Shown in pieces: positions 36,823-47,664 of a stretch of 64,000 nucleotides of DNA (positions are counted from its first letter, which is position 1; each line of letters begins with the position of its first letter). A program made the translations under genes and the position numbers. The stretch spans positions 5,888,001-5,952,000 of the forward strand of contig CAWIAD010000002.1 in assembly GCA_963833985.1 (NCBI GenBank). Direction: 5' to 3'. Below the pieces are notes generated by a model, which worked only from the letters and a program-made list of their open reading frames with translations, did not search any database and was not told the DNA's origin. Origin of the DNA: an uncultured Planctomycetaceae bacterium. GTDB lineage: Bacteria > Planctomycetota > Planctomycetia > Isosphaerales > Isosphaeraceae.

Positions 36823-39800
36823 TCACCGCTTCCACAGCGGCAGCTTGCGGCCCGGGGCCCAGGGCGCGCCTGCGGCTTCCAGGGTTTCGTGGAGAGCGGG
36901 GAGATCGTGGTCCAGCAGGGGATGGAGCTTCTTGAGCGCCGTGTCGAATTCCTCGGCGGCGATGTCATAATTCTTGCGGTGTGAACCGGTCGGTGCCGAG
37001 GTGGTTGACCAGTGTCCGCTGACGATGTTCTCGATGCGATCGATCAGCCCGGGCTGTGCCGGCTCATTGCGTCGGCTCTTCGTGGGATCACCCGTGAACT
37101 GTTCGCGGAGGTCGAGCAACTTCTGTTCCAGGCCGCGGGCCTCCTGCCGCAGCTTGAGGGGCAAGCTGGGAGTCTGGTCGATGATTCGCTTGATGATGGC
37201 GACCTGGCCCAGCCCGTCGTTGAGCGCCTCGAGCGTACCCAGAGCCACGCGCTGAAGCTCTGCGGTCTGGCGAGCGAAGGCCATGACCGCCTCGCGGTCC
37301 GGAGCCGCAAGCGTGGCGAAATTCAGCGGCTCGACCTCGAAACCCGTGGGCGGGACGAGCTCGGTCGTGCCCTGGTCGTCGCGCTTGTCCATCGCGACGG
37401 TGTACTTGCCCGGCAGAGCCAGCGGGCCCCTGCCGCCGGCATCGAAGAAGCCCTCCTCTTCTTCGCCACCGCCCCGGCGTGACGACCGATCGCCAGTCAC
37501 CGGCCGGTAGTCCGGCCAGCGCAGGTCCCAGGCCACGCGATGCACGCCCTCGGAGCCCGGCCCCGAGAGGCGGCGGACAATCTGACCTGCCGCGTTCCGG
37601 ATCGTGAGAATCACCGCGGGCGGGTCTTCGCGGTCCTCGGCCTTGAGGGCGTCCCAGGAGGGATAGAACACGTCCTTGCTGTCGCCGGCCAGCTTCTGCT
37701 CCTGATCGCGGCGCGCGGCCTTCTTCGTCTTGAGGGCATCTTTCAAGGAATAGGTGATGGTGGCGCCGAAGGGGGGGTTCGGTGCGGTGTAGAAGCTTGC
37801 TCCCTGGAATGCCTTCTCACCGACAGCCAGGGGCGCCGCCGGTATGTAGAGGAGGGCTTTCTTGATGGGCAGGATGGCCGCCGGCTTGTCGGCGACCTCC
37901 CTGGTGAACTGGCGCAAGGGGCTGTAGTCATCAAGGACGTAGATGCCCCGGCCGAACGTGCCCACGACCAGGTCGCTCTCGCGGCGCTGAATCTCCAGGT
38001 CCCGGACGGCGATCGTCGGCATGCCCGATTTCAGCGCGTGCCAGTGTTGGCCGCCATCAGGGCTGGCGAAGAGACCAAACTCCGTGCCGACGAAGAGCAG
38101 GTCGGCCTGCACGTGGTCCACGGCGACCGTGTAGGCCGATCCGCGTTCGGGCAGGTTGGAGCTGATGTTTGTCCAGTTCTTGCCGCGATCGGTGCTGCGC
38201 AGGACGTACGGCTTGTAGTCGCCGTTCTTGTGGTTGTCGAAGCAGGCGTAGACCGTATTCGGGTCGAGCTGGGAGGTCTCGATATCGGCCACGTAAACGT
38301 CCTCCGGCTTGCCCGTGAACGGGAAATTGTCCACCTTGCGCCAGTGCTGGCCGCCATCTTCGGTCACCTGGATCAAGCCGTCGTCCGTGCCCGCGTAGAT
38401 CAGACCTTCGACCAGCGGCGATTCGGCCAGGGCAACGATGGAGCCGTAGAACGAGGTGGAGTCGTTCTTGGCCACGGCGTCAACGCTCCAGACCCGGCCC
38501 ATCACCTTCAGCTTGTTGCGATCGATATTACGGGATAGGTCGGGGCTGATCGCCTTCCACGTCTCACCTCGATCATCCGAGCGGAACAGGATCTGAGAAG
38601 CATAGTAGAGACGGGTTGGCAAGTGGGGGCTGATGATCAGTGCGGAGTCCCAGTTCCAGCGCAGGGGAGGGCCGCTCTTGTCTTCCTGGGGTTTGATGTC
38701 GACACGCTCGCCCGATTTGCGGTCGTAGCGCACCAGGCCGCCATACTGCCATTGGGAATAGATGAGATTCGGATTCGTGGGATCAACGACCGGGTCGAAG
38801 CCGTCGCCGAAGACCGTGATGAACCAATCGCTGTTGCGGATCCCGTGTACGTTGTTGGTGCGCGACGGGCCGCCTTGAGTGGCGTTGTCCTGCGTGCCTC
38901 CGTAGACGTTGTAGAACGGCGAGTCGTGATCGATGGCGATCTTGTAAAACTGGGTGATTGGCAGGTTGCCGAAGAAGTGATAGTTCCTTCCCCTGTCCCA
39001 GGTCTCGTAGAGCCCGCCGTCGCAGCCAATGAGCAGATGGTTCGAGTTGCCAGGATCGACCCAGAGGCAATGATTGTCCACATGTTTCGAGCTTTCTCCG
39101 AGCGGCCGGAAGGCTTTTCCCCCGTCCTCGGAGACATGGAGGAGCGTGTCCATGGCATAGATGCGGTCGAAGACCTGCGGATCGACCACGATTCGTTGAT
39201 AGTACTGAGGGCTGGAAGGAATGTAGCCCGATTGGCGGCTCCAGCTCTCGCCCCCGTTCTCGGATCGGAAGAAACCACTCTGGCCCCGGGCGGCCTCGAC
39301 CGTGGCGTAGAGGACGTCGGGATTGATCGGTGAGATCGCCAGGCCAATGCGGCCCTTGTCACCATCGGGGAGGCCCTTGTTGACCTTGCGCCAGCTCTGC
39401 CCGCCATCCATGGACCGATAGATTCCGGACTCGGGCCCGCCGTCGATGAGCGTCCAGACGTGACGCCTGCGCTGGTAGGCCGCGGCGTACAGGACGTCCG
39501 GGTTCCGCGGGTCGAGGACGACGTCGGTAACGCCCGTGTTCTCGCTGATCGTGAGCACGGCCTGCCACGACTTGCCCCCGTCCGTCGTCTTGTACAGGCC
39601 CCGCTCGCCACCCGGATTCCAGAGTGGTCCCTGAGCGGCCACGTACACGGTGCTCGAGTTCCGGGGATCCACGAGCACCTTGGCAATGTGCTCGGAGTGC
39701 TCGAGGCCAACCCTGGAGAAGCTGGCGCCGCCGTCGATCGACTTGTACAGCCCATCGCCGTAACCCACACTGCGCTGGCTGTTGTTCTCGCCAGAGCCTA

Positions 39801-40170
39801 CCCATATCACGAGGTGGTTCGAGGGATCGACCGCGACGCAGCCGATCGAGTACGATCCGTATCCGTCGAAGATCGGCGACCATGTCGTGCCCGCGTTGTT
39901 CGTCTTCCACACGCCTCCTGAGGATGCCGCCACATACCAGGTGCTGAATACCCTGGGATCCACGGCGATATCGCCCACCCGGCCCGACATCAACGCCGGC
40001 CCGATTCCACGCAGACTCAGGCCTGAAAACACCGCCGCGCGCTTGTCGCCACCGTGAGGTCGTGCTTCGGTAGACTCCTGGGCAAAGCCCTGGCCCACCG
40101 GCCGCACCACCTGTAAAGCCAGTGCAATCGCGAGGACCGACACCGCACGCTCGATCAATCTTTTCAACAT
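36823..40170 (-). CDS. Secreted VPS10/BNR-repeat glycosyl hydrolase-like protein
   Basis: Signal peptide, IGPALMSGR and many S/T.DGG.SW Asp-box repeats. Confidence 0.88.
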   Translation of the reverse strand: MLKRLIERAVSVLAIALALQVVRPVGQGFAQESTEARPHGGDKRAAVFSGLSLRGIGPALMSGRVGDIAVDPRVFSTWYVAASSGGVWKTNNAGTTWSPIFDGYGSYSIGCVAVDPSNHLVIWVGSGENNSQRSVGYGDGLYKSIDGGASFSRVGLEHSEHIAKVLVDPRNSSTVYVAAQGPLWNPGGERGLYKTTDGGKSWQAVLTISENTGVTDVVLDPRNPDVLYAAAYQRRRHVWTLIDGGPESGIYRSMDGGQSWRKVNKGLPDGDKGRIGLAISPINPDVLYATVEAARGQSGFFRSENGGESWSRQSGYIPSSPQYYQRIVVDPQVFDRIYAMDTLLHVSEDGGKAFRPLGESSKHVDNHCLWVDPGNSNHLLIGCDGGLYETWDRGRNYHFFGNLPITQFYKIAIDHDSPFYNVYGGTQDNATQGGPSRTNNVHGIRNSDWFITVFGDGFDPVVDPTNPNLIYSQWQYGGLVRYDRKSGERVDIKPQEDKSGPPLRWNWDSALIISPHLPTRLYYASQILFRSDDRGETWKAISPDLSRNIDRNKLKVMGRVWSVDAVAKNDSTSFYGSIVALAESPLVEGLIYAGTDDGLIQVTEDGGQHWRKVDNFPFTGKPEDVYVADIETSQLDPNTVYACFDNHKNGDYKPYVLRSTDRGKNWTNISSNLPERGSAYTVAVDHVQADLLFVGTEFGLFASPDGGQHWHALKSGMPTIAVRDLEIQRRESDLVVGTFGRGIYVLDDYSPLRQFTREVADKPAAILPIKKALLYIPAAPLAVGEKAFQGASFYTAPNPPFGATITYSLKDALKTKKAARRDQEQKLAGDSKDVFYPSWDALKAEDREDPPAVILTIRNAAGQIVRRLSGPGSEGVHRVAWDLRWPDYRPVTGDRSSRRGGGEEEEGFFDAGGRGPLALPGKYTVAMDKRDDQGTTELVPPTGFEVEPLNFATLAAPDREAVMAFARQTAELQRVALGTLEALNDGLGQVAIIKRIIDQTPSLPLKLRQEARGLEQKLLDLREQFTGDPTKSRRNEPAQPGLIDRIENIVSGHWSTTSAPTGSHRKNYDIAAEEFDTALKKLHPLLDHDLPALHETLEAAGAPWAPGRKLPLWKR

Positions 40171-40399
40171 TTTGCCCCCAAACGGCTTCCCCCGGCCGCA
40201 ACAAGGCCGGCAACGAACCAGGCCCGCCGTCGCTGCCAATCACCGCCAAGATCACTAATCTAGAAGGAATGGGTAATTTGGGCAATAAAAAAACCGCGAC
40301 TGGAGTGCTCGCCTTCGTCGGGGATGAGGGATACGATGGACCGTCAACGGATTGCTCATGTCAGCGTGGGACGGTTGAAGTGCGTGGAGAAGTGAGCCA

Positions 40400-41275
40400 G
40401 TGTTCTCGGTAGCCCTGATCCAGATGCGGTGCTCCGTTGATCCGGGGGACAACCTGCACCGCGCCTGTGCCATGCTGCGTGAGGCAAAGTCGCGGAGTGC
40501 TCAGGTGGCCTGCCTGCCCGAGCTCTTCCGTACGCAGTACTTTTGCCAGGCCGAGGACGCCGCGCGGTTTGACCTCGCCGAGGCCATTCCCGGACCCACG
40601 ACGGAGGCCCTGGCTGAAGTGGCGCGCGAAACGGGCATGGTGATTGTCGGCTCGATCTTCGAGAAGCGTGCCGCCGGCATCTATCACAACACGGCCGTCG
40701 TGCTGGATGCCGACGGCACGCTGCGAGGCCGGTATCGCAAGATGCACATCCCCGACGATCCGCTCTATTACGAGAAGTATTATTTCACTCCGGGCGACCT
40801 GGGTTTCCAGGCCTTTCCCACGGCATTTGCCCGGGTGGGAACGCTCGTCTGCTGGGACCAGTGGTATCCGGAAGCGGCCCGGCTGACAGCGCTCCGCGGC
40901 GCGGAGATCCTCTTTTACCCCACCGCCATCGGCTGGCATCCGGCCGAGCAGGCGGAGTTTGGCACGGCACAGGCCGATGCCTGGGAGACGATCCAGCGTG
41001 CTCATGCCATCGCCAACGGCGTCTACGTGGCCGCCGTGAACCGGATCGGCCACGAGGGACCCAGCGATGGCGGTCTCGAGTTCTGGGGCGGATCGTTCCT
41101 GGCCGATCCGTTTGGCCGGATTGTCGCCAGGGCCGGTCGCAACGCCGAGGAGGTGGTCGTCGCCGCGTGCGACCCCCGGCTTCAGGAGGAAACACGCCGG
41201 AACTGGCCGTTTCTCCGCGACCGACGAATCGACGCCTATGCTCCAATCACGCAGCGCTATCTCGATCCGGACTGA
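40400..41275 (+). CDS. aguB: N-carbamoylputrescine amidase (carbon-nitrogen hydrolase)
   Basis: LPELF, YRKMHIPDDP, YYEKYYFTPGD and VCWDQWYPE; agmatine deiminase lies nearby. Confidence 0.85.
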   Translation: MFSVALIQMRCSVDPGDNLHRACAMLREAKSRSAQVACLPELFRTQYFCQAEDAARFDLAEAIPGPTTEALAEVARETGMVIVGSIFEKRAAGIYHNTAVVLDADGTLRGRYRKMHIPDDPLYYEKYYFTPGDLGFQAFPTAFARVGTLVCWDQWYPEAARLTALRGAEILFYPTAIGWHPAEQAEFGTAQADAWETIQRAHAIANGVYVAAVNRIGHEGPSDGGLEFWGGSFLADPFGRIVARAGRNAEEVVVAACDPRLQEETRRNWPFLRDRRIDAYAPITQRYLDPD

Positions 41276-41364
41276 CAGCAGCAGCAGATCCCTTTGGCCA
41301 CCTGGTCGGTTCGCTTTTCTCGGGAGATCCTTCTTTCGCCCTGCCGCAACTGGAGGCTGCAACC

Positions 41365-41982
41365 GTGGCAATCGAGAAGTATCCCTATGCCCCGCCCGAG
41401 GCCGACGACGAGAACCCTTATGCCGCGCCGGAAGCGGAGGTCCTGAACAAATTCCAGCACCTGGATGCCGCCACGGAAGCCTACCGGGATGGCAAGCTGC
41501 TGGTCGTGCGCAAGGACGCCGAGCTGACCGATCGCTGCTTGAAGTGCGCCGCGCCGGTGGAAGGATATCGGTTCACTCGCACGGTCTACTGGCACAAGCC
41601 CATCTGGTTTTTTCTGATCCTGTTCAACTGGCTGATTTATCTCCTCGTGTATTTCATGGTGCGCTGGAAGGCCCGCGTCACGGTGGCGCTCTGCCCGCGG
41701 CATCGCAAGAACCGCCGGTGGGCCATCGGCATGGGCTGGATGGCGGCACTCGCCGGGATCGGAGTGATCATTGCTACGGCATCCTATACCAGGCCGGAAA
41801 GAGATACTGGGACGCTGGTCGCGATCGGATTCATCAGTGGTTTGGTCCTGGTCTTCGGAGGCATCATCGGCGGGGTCATCGGCTCCCAGGTGATCGTCCC
41901 GAAGCGCATCAACGAGCAATTCGTCTGGCTGGGGAGGGTCTCACCAGCGTATCTTGCCAAGCTGCCCGACTGGAACCTGTAA
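41365..41982 (+). CDS. Hypothetical membrane protein with NPYAAP motif and two Cys/His pairs
   Basis: GGAGG RBS before GTG at 41365; motifs ENPYAAP, RCLKC and LCPRH; about three TM helices. Confidence 0.7.
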   Translation: MAIEKYPYAPPEADDENPYAAPEAEVLNKFQHLDAATEAYRDGKLLVVRKDAELTDRCLKCAAPVEGYRFTRTVYWHKPIWFFLILFNWLIYLLVYFMVRWKARVTVALCPRHRKNRRWAIGMGWMAALAGIGVIIATASYTRPERDTGTLVAIGFISGLVLVFGGIIGGVIGSQVIVPKRINEQFVWLGRVSPAYLAKLPDWNL

Positions 41983-41995
41983 GGACCGGCCCCGG

Positions 41996-43099
41996 ATGAC
42001 TCCCGCCCAGCTTGGCTACCGCATGCCCGCGGAATGGGAACCGCATGACGCCACCTGGATTGCCTGGCCCCATCACCGCGAGGACTGGCCGGGGAAGTTC
42101 GCGCCGGTACCCTGGGTCTACACCGAGATTGTCCGCCATCTCAGCCGTGTGGAGCAGGTGAACATCATCATTGCCGGCGGCAAGATGGAGCTCCGCGCCG
42201 CCGACATGCTCGACCGTGCGTCTGTCGATCTCGGCCGCGTGCAATTCTTCAGAGCAAAGACCGACCGCGTCTGGCTACGCGACTCCGGCCCCACGTTTCT
42301 CGTCTGCGATCACGCGGCAGAGAAGGCGGCATGTGAGTTACCCGTACCCGTCCACCTCGTCGACTGGAAGTTCAACGCCTGGGCGAAGTATCCGGACCAC
42401 CGCAGGGACAACCGGCTTCCCCGGCAGATTGCAGAGCACCTGGGCTGCACGCTCTGGACCGCACGTGCTGAGTGGGGAGGCAAGCTCCGCCGCGTGGTGA
42501 TGGAAGGGGGCGCCATCGACGTCAACGGCCGGGCCAGTTTGCTCACCACCGAGGAGTGTTTGCTCAGCGAAGTGCAGTGCCGCAATCCCGGGCTTGGCCG
42601 CGCGGAGGTGGAGCGCGTGCTCGCAGACTACCTGGGCGTCCGCAACGTCATCTGGCTGGGCCGGGGCATCGCGGGCGACGACACGCATGGCCACGTGGAC
42701 GACCTGGCCCGGTTCGTCGATCCGCGGACCGTGGTCACCGCGGTCGAGCCCAACCCGGATGACCCCAACCACGAGCCACTGGCCGACAACGTCCGCCGCC
42801 TCGAGTCGGCCCGCGATCAGGATGGTCAGCCACTCCGGGTTGTGACTCTCCCCATGCCCGCCCCGCTCTACTTCGAGTCCCAGCGCTTGCCGGCGAGCTA
42901 CGCCAACTTCTACATTGCCAACGGCCTGGTGCTCGTTCCCACGTTCAATGACCGGGCCGATCGGATCGCTCTGAACACGCTGGCTGATCTCTTCCCGGAC
43001 CGGCAGATCGTCGGCATCCACTGCGTCGATCTGGTGCTCGGCCTGGGCACGCTGCACTGTCTTTCGCAGCAGCAGCCCAGGCCGCCTGTTGCCGGATGA
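41996..43099 (+). CDS. aguA: Agmatine deiminase
   Basis: Motifs MPAEWEPH, WLRDSGP, EGGAID, DDTHGHVDD, ASYANFY and GTLHCLSQQ. Confidence 0.93.
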   Translation: MTPAQLGYRMPAEWEPHDATWIAWPHHREDWPGKFAPVPWVYTEIVRHLSRVEQVNIIIAGGKMELRAADMLDRASVDLGRVQFFRAKTDRVWLRDSGPTFLVCDHAAEKAACELPVPVHLVDWKFNAWAKYPDHRRDNRLPRQIAEHLGCTLWTARAEWGGKLRRVVMEGGAIDVNGRASLLTTEECLLSEVQCRNPGLGRAEVERVLADYLGVRNVIWLGRGIAGDDTHGHVDDLARFVDPRTVVTAVEPNPDDPNHEPLADNVRRLESARDQDGQPLRVVTLPMPAPLYFESQRLPASYANFYIANGLVLVPTFNDRADRIALNTLADLFPDRQIVGIHCVDLVLGLGTLHCLSQQQPRPPVAG

Positions 43100-43314
43100 C
43101 GAGCTCAGCCAGACGAGGACGCCCGCCATCGTGCAGCCAGATCCTGCGCCCGTCCCCCGGATGCACCGACACCTGTATGAGGTGCGTCATTCCGGACGAA
43201 GCCCATGGCACTCCAACGTCTCGGGTACTGTGCAAGCCGGGAGCCGGTGCCTATGATGAAACCTTGATCAAGAAACGCTGCGCGCCGCGGGGCTCTGCCA
43301 GGGAGCAAGTTGAC

Positions 43315-44883
43315 ATGGCTCGTCAAGAACAGGGTCGCCGGGATGGTGGGCGGCCTCCGAAGAGAGGCCACAGGCCCGGATCGAAGCCGGGGCCGGCTTC
43401 GTCTTCCGCGCCCGGGAAGCGCGCCGAGTCACGACCGGGCAGTCCGTCACAGGGCCGCCGGGACTCGGCTGCCAGGAAAGCTGGCCCCGGGCATCGGCCG
43501 GCGAAGCCGGACAGACGGTACGAGGCGGCCCGGAAGGATGCCGAGCTGGAGTCGGGCAAACCCCAGAGGCTCCAGAAAATCCTCGCCCACGCCGGGCTGG
43601 GTTCGCGCCGGGAGTGCGAGGAATACATCCTCCAGGGCCGCGTCACGGTCGACGGCAAGGTCGTCCGCGAACTGGGAACGCGGGTCGATCCCGATGCGGC
43701 GACCATCGCAGTGGACGGCGAGAAGATCCGCCTGGAGAGGATGGTCTACTTCGCGGTGAACAAGCCCAAGGGCTATGTCTCCACCAACAACGATCCCGCC
43801 GGCCGGCCCCGGGTCATCGACCTGCTGCCCGAGGTCCCTGAACGGGTCTACGCGGTCGGCCGGCTCGATGAAGAGAGCATGGGCCTGATGATCCTGACCA
43901 ACGACGGAGAGCTGGCCAACCGCCTGGCGCATCCGCGATTCGGCGTCGAGAAGACCTATCGTGCGCTCGTAGCGGGAACACCTGGCCCGGACATCCTGAG
44001 CAAGCTGACTGAAGGCATCTGGCTTTCTGACGGCAAGGTTCGCGCCAAGCGGGCCAGGTTCGTCGGCAGCCAGGGCGAGGCCACAACCATCGAGCTGGTG
44101 CTGGCCGAAGGCAAGAAGCGCGAGATCCGCCGCATGCTGGCCAAGCTCGGTCACAAGGTCATGAACCTCACCCGTCTGGCCATCGGTCCCGTCGTTCTGA
44201 AGGGAATCTCTCCGGGCGAGCATCGGCCGCTGACACGCACCGAGATCGATCTCTTGCGCAAGGTTGCCGCCGGCATCGAGGTCGCGCCGCCGCGAGCCTC
44301 CCAGCCCAGAAACGAGAGACGACCAGCCGCGCCCGGCAAGCGGCCCGGCGTTCCCGGAACCGCGGGCGAGCAGCGCACGCCACAGGCCCACAACCGGACC
44401 GAGGCTCATGGGCCCCGCCGTGACAGGCCAGCGCCTCCCACCCGGCCCGGGCCACCCTCCGCCCGCCCCGGGTCTGGGAAGCCAGTTGATCGCCCGCCCG
44501 GCAAGGCGATGCCTGGCAAGAAACCTCCCGCCAAAGCCATGCCCGGAAGGCCGCCGTCGAATCGTCCGGCATCGATGCCGGCACCGCCCGGCAAGAGGCC
44601 CGGTCCTCCGCCGGGCGCTCTCCCCGGCGGGAAGCGAGCGATGCCGGCCGTCAAGCCTCCTACTGCCGCGCCCGCGCCGGCCGCTCCGGGTCAACCGGGA
44701 AAGCCAGAGGTCACCCAGGCCAGGCCAGCACGAAGGATCATCGGTCTGGCGCCAAAGGTCGCCGAGGAAGCGGGGCTGTCGCTCTCGGGACGACCCCCGC
44801 GGAAGCGGCCGGCCCCGACGCGACGTCCTCCCCGCAAGGCACACGGCGTCGAGCGATCGCCCGACGACCGAAAGAAATCATGA
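43315..44883 (+). CDS. rluB: RsuA/RluB-family pseudouridine synthase with long basic, Pro-rich tails
   Basis: S4 domain RLQKILAHAGLGSRR, then NKPKG, VGRLD, LTNDG and EGKKREIRRM. Confidence 0.85.
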   Translation: MARQEQGRRDGGRPPKRGHRPGSKPGPASSSAPGKRAESRPGSPSQGRRDSAARKAGPGHRPAKPDRRYEAARKDAELESGKPQRLQKILAHAGLGSRRECEEYILQGRVTVDGKVVRELGTRVDPDAATIAVDGEKIRLERMVYFAVNKPKGYVSTNNDPAGRPRVIDLLPEVPERVYAVGRLDEESMGLMILTNDGELANRLAHPRFGVEKTYRALVAGTPGPDILSKLTEGIWLSDGKVRAKRARFVGSQGEATTIELVLAEGKKREIRRMLAKLGHKVMNLTRLAIGPVVLKGISPGEHRPLTRTEIDLLRKVAAGIEVAPPRASQPRNERRPAAPGKRPGVPGTAGEQRTPQAHNRTEAHGPRRDRPAPPTRPGPPSARPGSGKPVDRPPGKAMPGKKPPAKAMPGRPPSNRPASMPAPPGKRPGPPPGALPGGKRAMPAVKPPTAAPAPAAPGQPGKPEVTQARPARRIIGLAPKVAEEAGLSLSGRPPRKRPAPTRRPPRKAHGVERSPDDRKKS

Positions 44884-45792
44884 CCACGCTGGCCACAGCA
44901 TCGCCGTCCCATCGGCTTGCGACCGTCGTGGAAAACGCGGCCGTCGCACGCGATACCTACCGCCTGAGACTGGAGGATCCGCTCCTGGCCCGGACCATCC
45001 TTCCTGGCCAGTTCTTGATGATCCGCCCCGGCGCCGAGGGTGCCGACGATCCACTCCTGGGCCGGCCGTTTGCACTTTATGATGTCGTCAGGGACCGGGC
45101 CGGCACACCGGTCGCGGTTGACGTGGTCTACCTCCTGATCGGACGCGGCACAAAGGCGCTCGCCCACCGCCGGCCCGGGGAGCGGCTTTCGATCTGGGGG
45201 CCGCTCGGCCATGGTTTCGGCCCGCCGCCCGCCGGTCCCGTTCTTTTCGTGGCCGGCGGAATCGGCCAGACGCCGTTTCTGGCCCTGGGCCGCTGGTGGC
45301 TCGGGAAAGCGCGTTACGGTGACTCACCAGTGACTCCGGGGGCATCCGCCACGGATCACAAGGGAGTGCCTGTTTCCTGCTCATCCGCGACCTTGCTTTA
45401 CGGCGTGCGAACGGCCGCGTACCTGGCCGGAATGGAGGAGTTCCGCGCCGCGGGTATCGAAATCGAAATCGCCACGGACGACGGTTCGGACGGCCATCGT
45501 GGCTTCGTGACGGAACTGCTCACGCGCCGGCTGGAGCGAGGTCGAGCGCCCGGCCCGAATCGTGGGCTGTGGGCCGGCACCCATGCTCGCAGCCCTGGCG
45601 CAGGTGGTCGAGCGATTCGACACCCCCTGTGACGTCTCGCTGGAAAACCACATGGCGTGCGGCTTCGGTGCCTGTTTCAGTTGTGTCGCGCCGATCCGTC
45701 AGCCAGACGGCACGGTAGACCTGCGCAGGGTGTGCGTCGAAGGGCCAATTTTCCCCGCGCGGGACGTCGAGTGGATGGCTCTGGGCCACTGA
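44880..45792 (+). CDS. pyrK: Dihydroorotate dehydrogenase electron transfer subunit, frameshifted near 45543
   Basis: PGQFLM, RPF, GPLGHGF, VAGGIG and ATDDGS; then GCGPAPM, MACGFGACFSC and VCVEGP in the next frame. Confidence 0.85.
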
Positions 45793-45815
45793 GCGAGTAG
45801 GTTTCTCAGGCGCGA

Positions 45816-45855
45816 TTCAACTCAACTCAACTCAGCTCAGCTCAGCTCAGCTCAG
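45816..45855. repeat. Pentanucleotide microsatellite, 8 units
   Basis: TTCAA (CTCAA)2 (CTCAG)5. Confidence 0.9.
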
Positions 45856-46668
45856 CGAGGCCCAGGTCGCGCGCTTTTGGACATGACCGCTCACCGTCGC
45901 GCGGATCTGTGCTCGAATCAGGTCTCGAATCCGGGCCGCCTGCTCGTAGTCCTCGCGAGCGACGGCCTCGTCAAGCTGTTCCCGCAGGGTCTTCTCGACC
46001 GCGTAGTTCTTACGCACCTCGTGCTCGAACAGGCGCAACTGGTCGATCAGCGACAGGTTGGGCGATTCGCTGGAGTCGTTCTCCCGGTTTTCCCACCACG
46101 CTTGCTGGTGGGCCGTGAGCTTTTCCATCCCCTCGCGGAGCGCGTCGATCGCTTCTTCGGGCCGCCTGCGCTCGATGGCGAGCAGGGCTTGCGCCTGGGT
46201 GCGGTGAAACTGAACCAGCCCGCGAGACTGCTCATGGGAACCGATGTAATCATCGTCGTTGCCGTGGCGGTGAACGAAATCCATGAGCGCCAGCGTGTGG
46301 TCAGCGTCGAGCATGGCCTTGTCATAGCGGCGGAGGGACAGCCAGGCCATCCGGCGATGGAAGAACTGGGTGAACTCGCGGTCGGCCTCGTCGCGGTGCT
46401 CCTGATCCATGGTCCAGGGAGGAGACTTCCCGCCCGGCGCCTGCCCGCGGCTGGCGGCACTGTAGCGGAGATAATCGAGATAGGTGGCAAATCCATGCGG
46501 GCGTGCTCCATCCGGCCGTCCCGAGATCTCGAGCTGAAGCACCCCGAGTTCGACGCGGATCTGCAACACGGTCCGGCCATCGCGTGCGCGGAGCTCGCGA
46601 GCCAGAACTTCACCCGGCTCCGGGTCATAGGGCCAGCCCTGGATCACGTCATCCAAGTCCCGTCGCAT
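45847..46668 (-). CDS. UvrB/UvrC (UVR) motif-containing protein
   Basis: C-terminal LREQLDEAVAREDYEQAARIRDLI; N-terminal LQIRVELGVLQLE..GRPDG. Confidence 0.8.
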   Translation of the reverse strand: MRRDLDDVIQGWPYDPEPGEVLARELRARDGRTVLQIRVELGVLQLEISGRPDGARPHGFATYLDYLRYSAASRGQAPGGKSPPWTMDQEHRDEADREFTQFFHRRMAWLSLRRYDKAMLDADHTLALMDFVHRHGNDDDYIGSHEQSRGLVQFHRTQAQALLAIERRRPEEAIDALREGMEKLTAHQQAWWENRENDSSESPNLSLIDQLRLFEHEVRKNYAVEKTLREQLDEAVAREDYEQAARIRDLIRAQIRATVSGHVQKRATWASLS

Positions 46669-47119
46669 CAGAAACTCCCGGGCCGCAAGGGGCGAGGTGG
46701 AACGGCAGCGTGAACGCCGTGCACTCACCTCAGAACAGCATTCGAGCCACGAACGGCCGGCTGGGGACGAGAGGATCGGTCCAGAGCAAGGTCGTCCTTC
46801 ACTGCGTCTTGACCAAGAATTATAGTCCCGCGACCAGACAAATCCTACACCACGACCGAGCATGGAGCCGGGATGGCCGGCCGTGTCGCACGGCCACAAC
46901 AGATCCCCCCCGACCCTTTGCTGAAGCGGCCCTGCAAATGATGCGCGTGTACCATTGTCGTGGTTTCAGAGGTCCGCGACTTGGCCGGTCCGGCCGGCGC
47001 TGGCACAGTGGTCCGCGGCTTTATTCGCCGAACTCTCGTCGCAAGTCTCACCGCTCCCCTTGAAACCTGGGATCAAGCCTGAGATGATAGTGCATCCTCA
47101 GCGGTGAGCTTTCACCATC

Positions 47120-47192
<73 letters not shown>

Positions 47193-47664
47193 CTTGATAG
47201 ATAAGGACTTACGGCGACGCCTGGTCGCATGACAGTGGTTGTCAGAGAAGTTTCGCCTACCGGACCGCCATCCTGAGTGAAGCACAGGACCTTCCGGCCC
47301 ACCTGTGCCCCGGGAGGCTCCGCGCGTGCCCCACTGTTCCAGGCCGTTCTACCGCCCCGCGCGGGGTCTGGTACGTCTAGATCGACGGTTGTCAGATCAA
47401 TCTCGGCCCCGGACGCGATGAGCCGTGCCGGTTACCACGACATGCTGGACCGGACCTCAGAAGTCAGAAGCTCGGAACCAACGTGCAGCGATCTGGTGGT
47501 CCCAATCCTCAAGGCGTACCTTGAGCAACTCGGGCTTCTGCCCCTTGAACCCAACAGGTCCGATGGCGCGGAGGTATCCTCGGGTCTCACGGCATGCTGC
47601 GCCAGGGCCGAAGCTCCGCGAGTCGCGCGAGGGCCGTTGAGCGCTGCGCGCGGCACGGACGCGG

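Noticed and set aside
44290..44883. Pro/Lys/Arg-rich tail of the pseudouridine synthase as a separate domain
   Set aside because: Low-complexity tails are common on RluB-like proteins.
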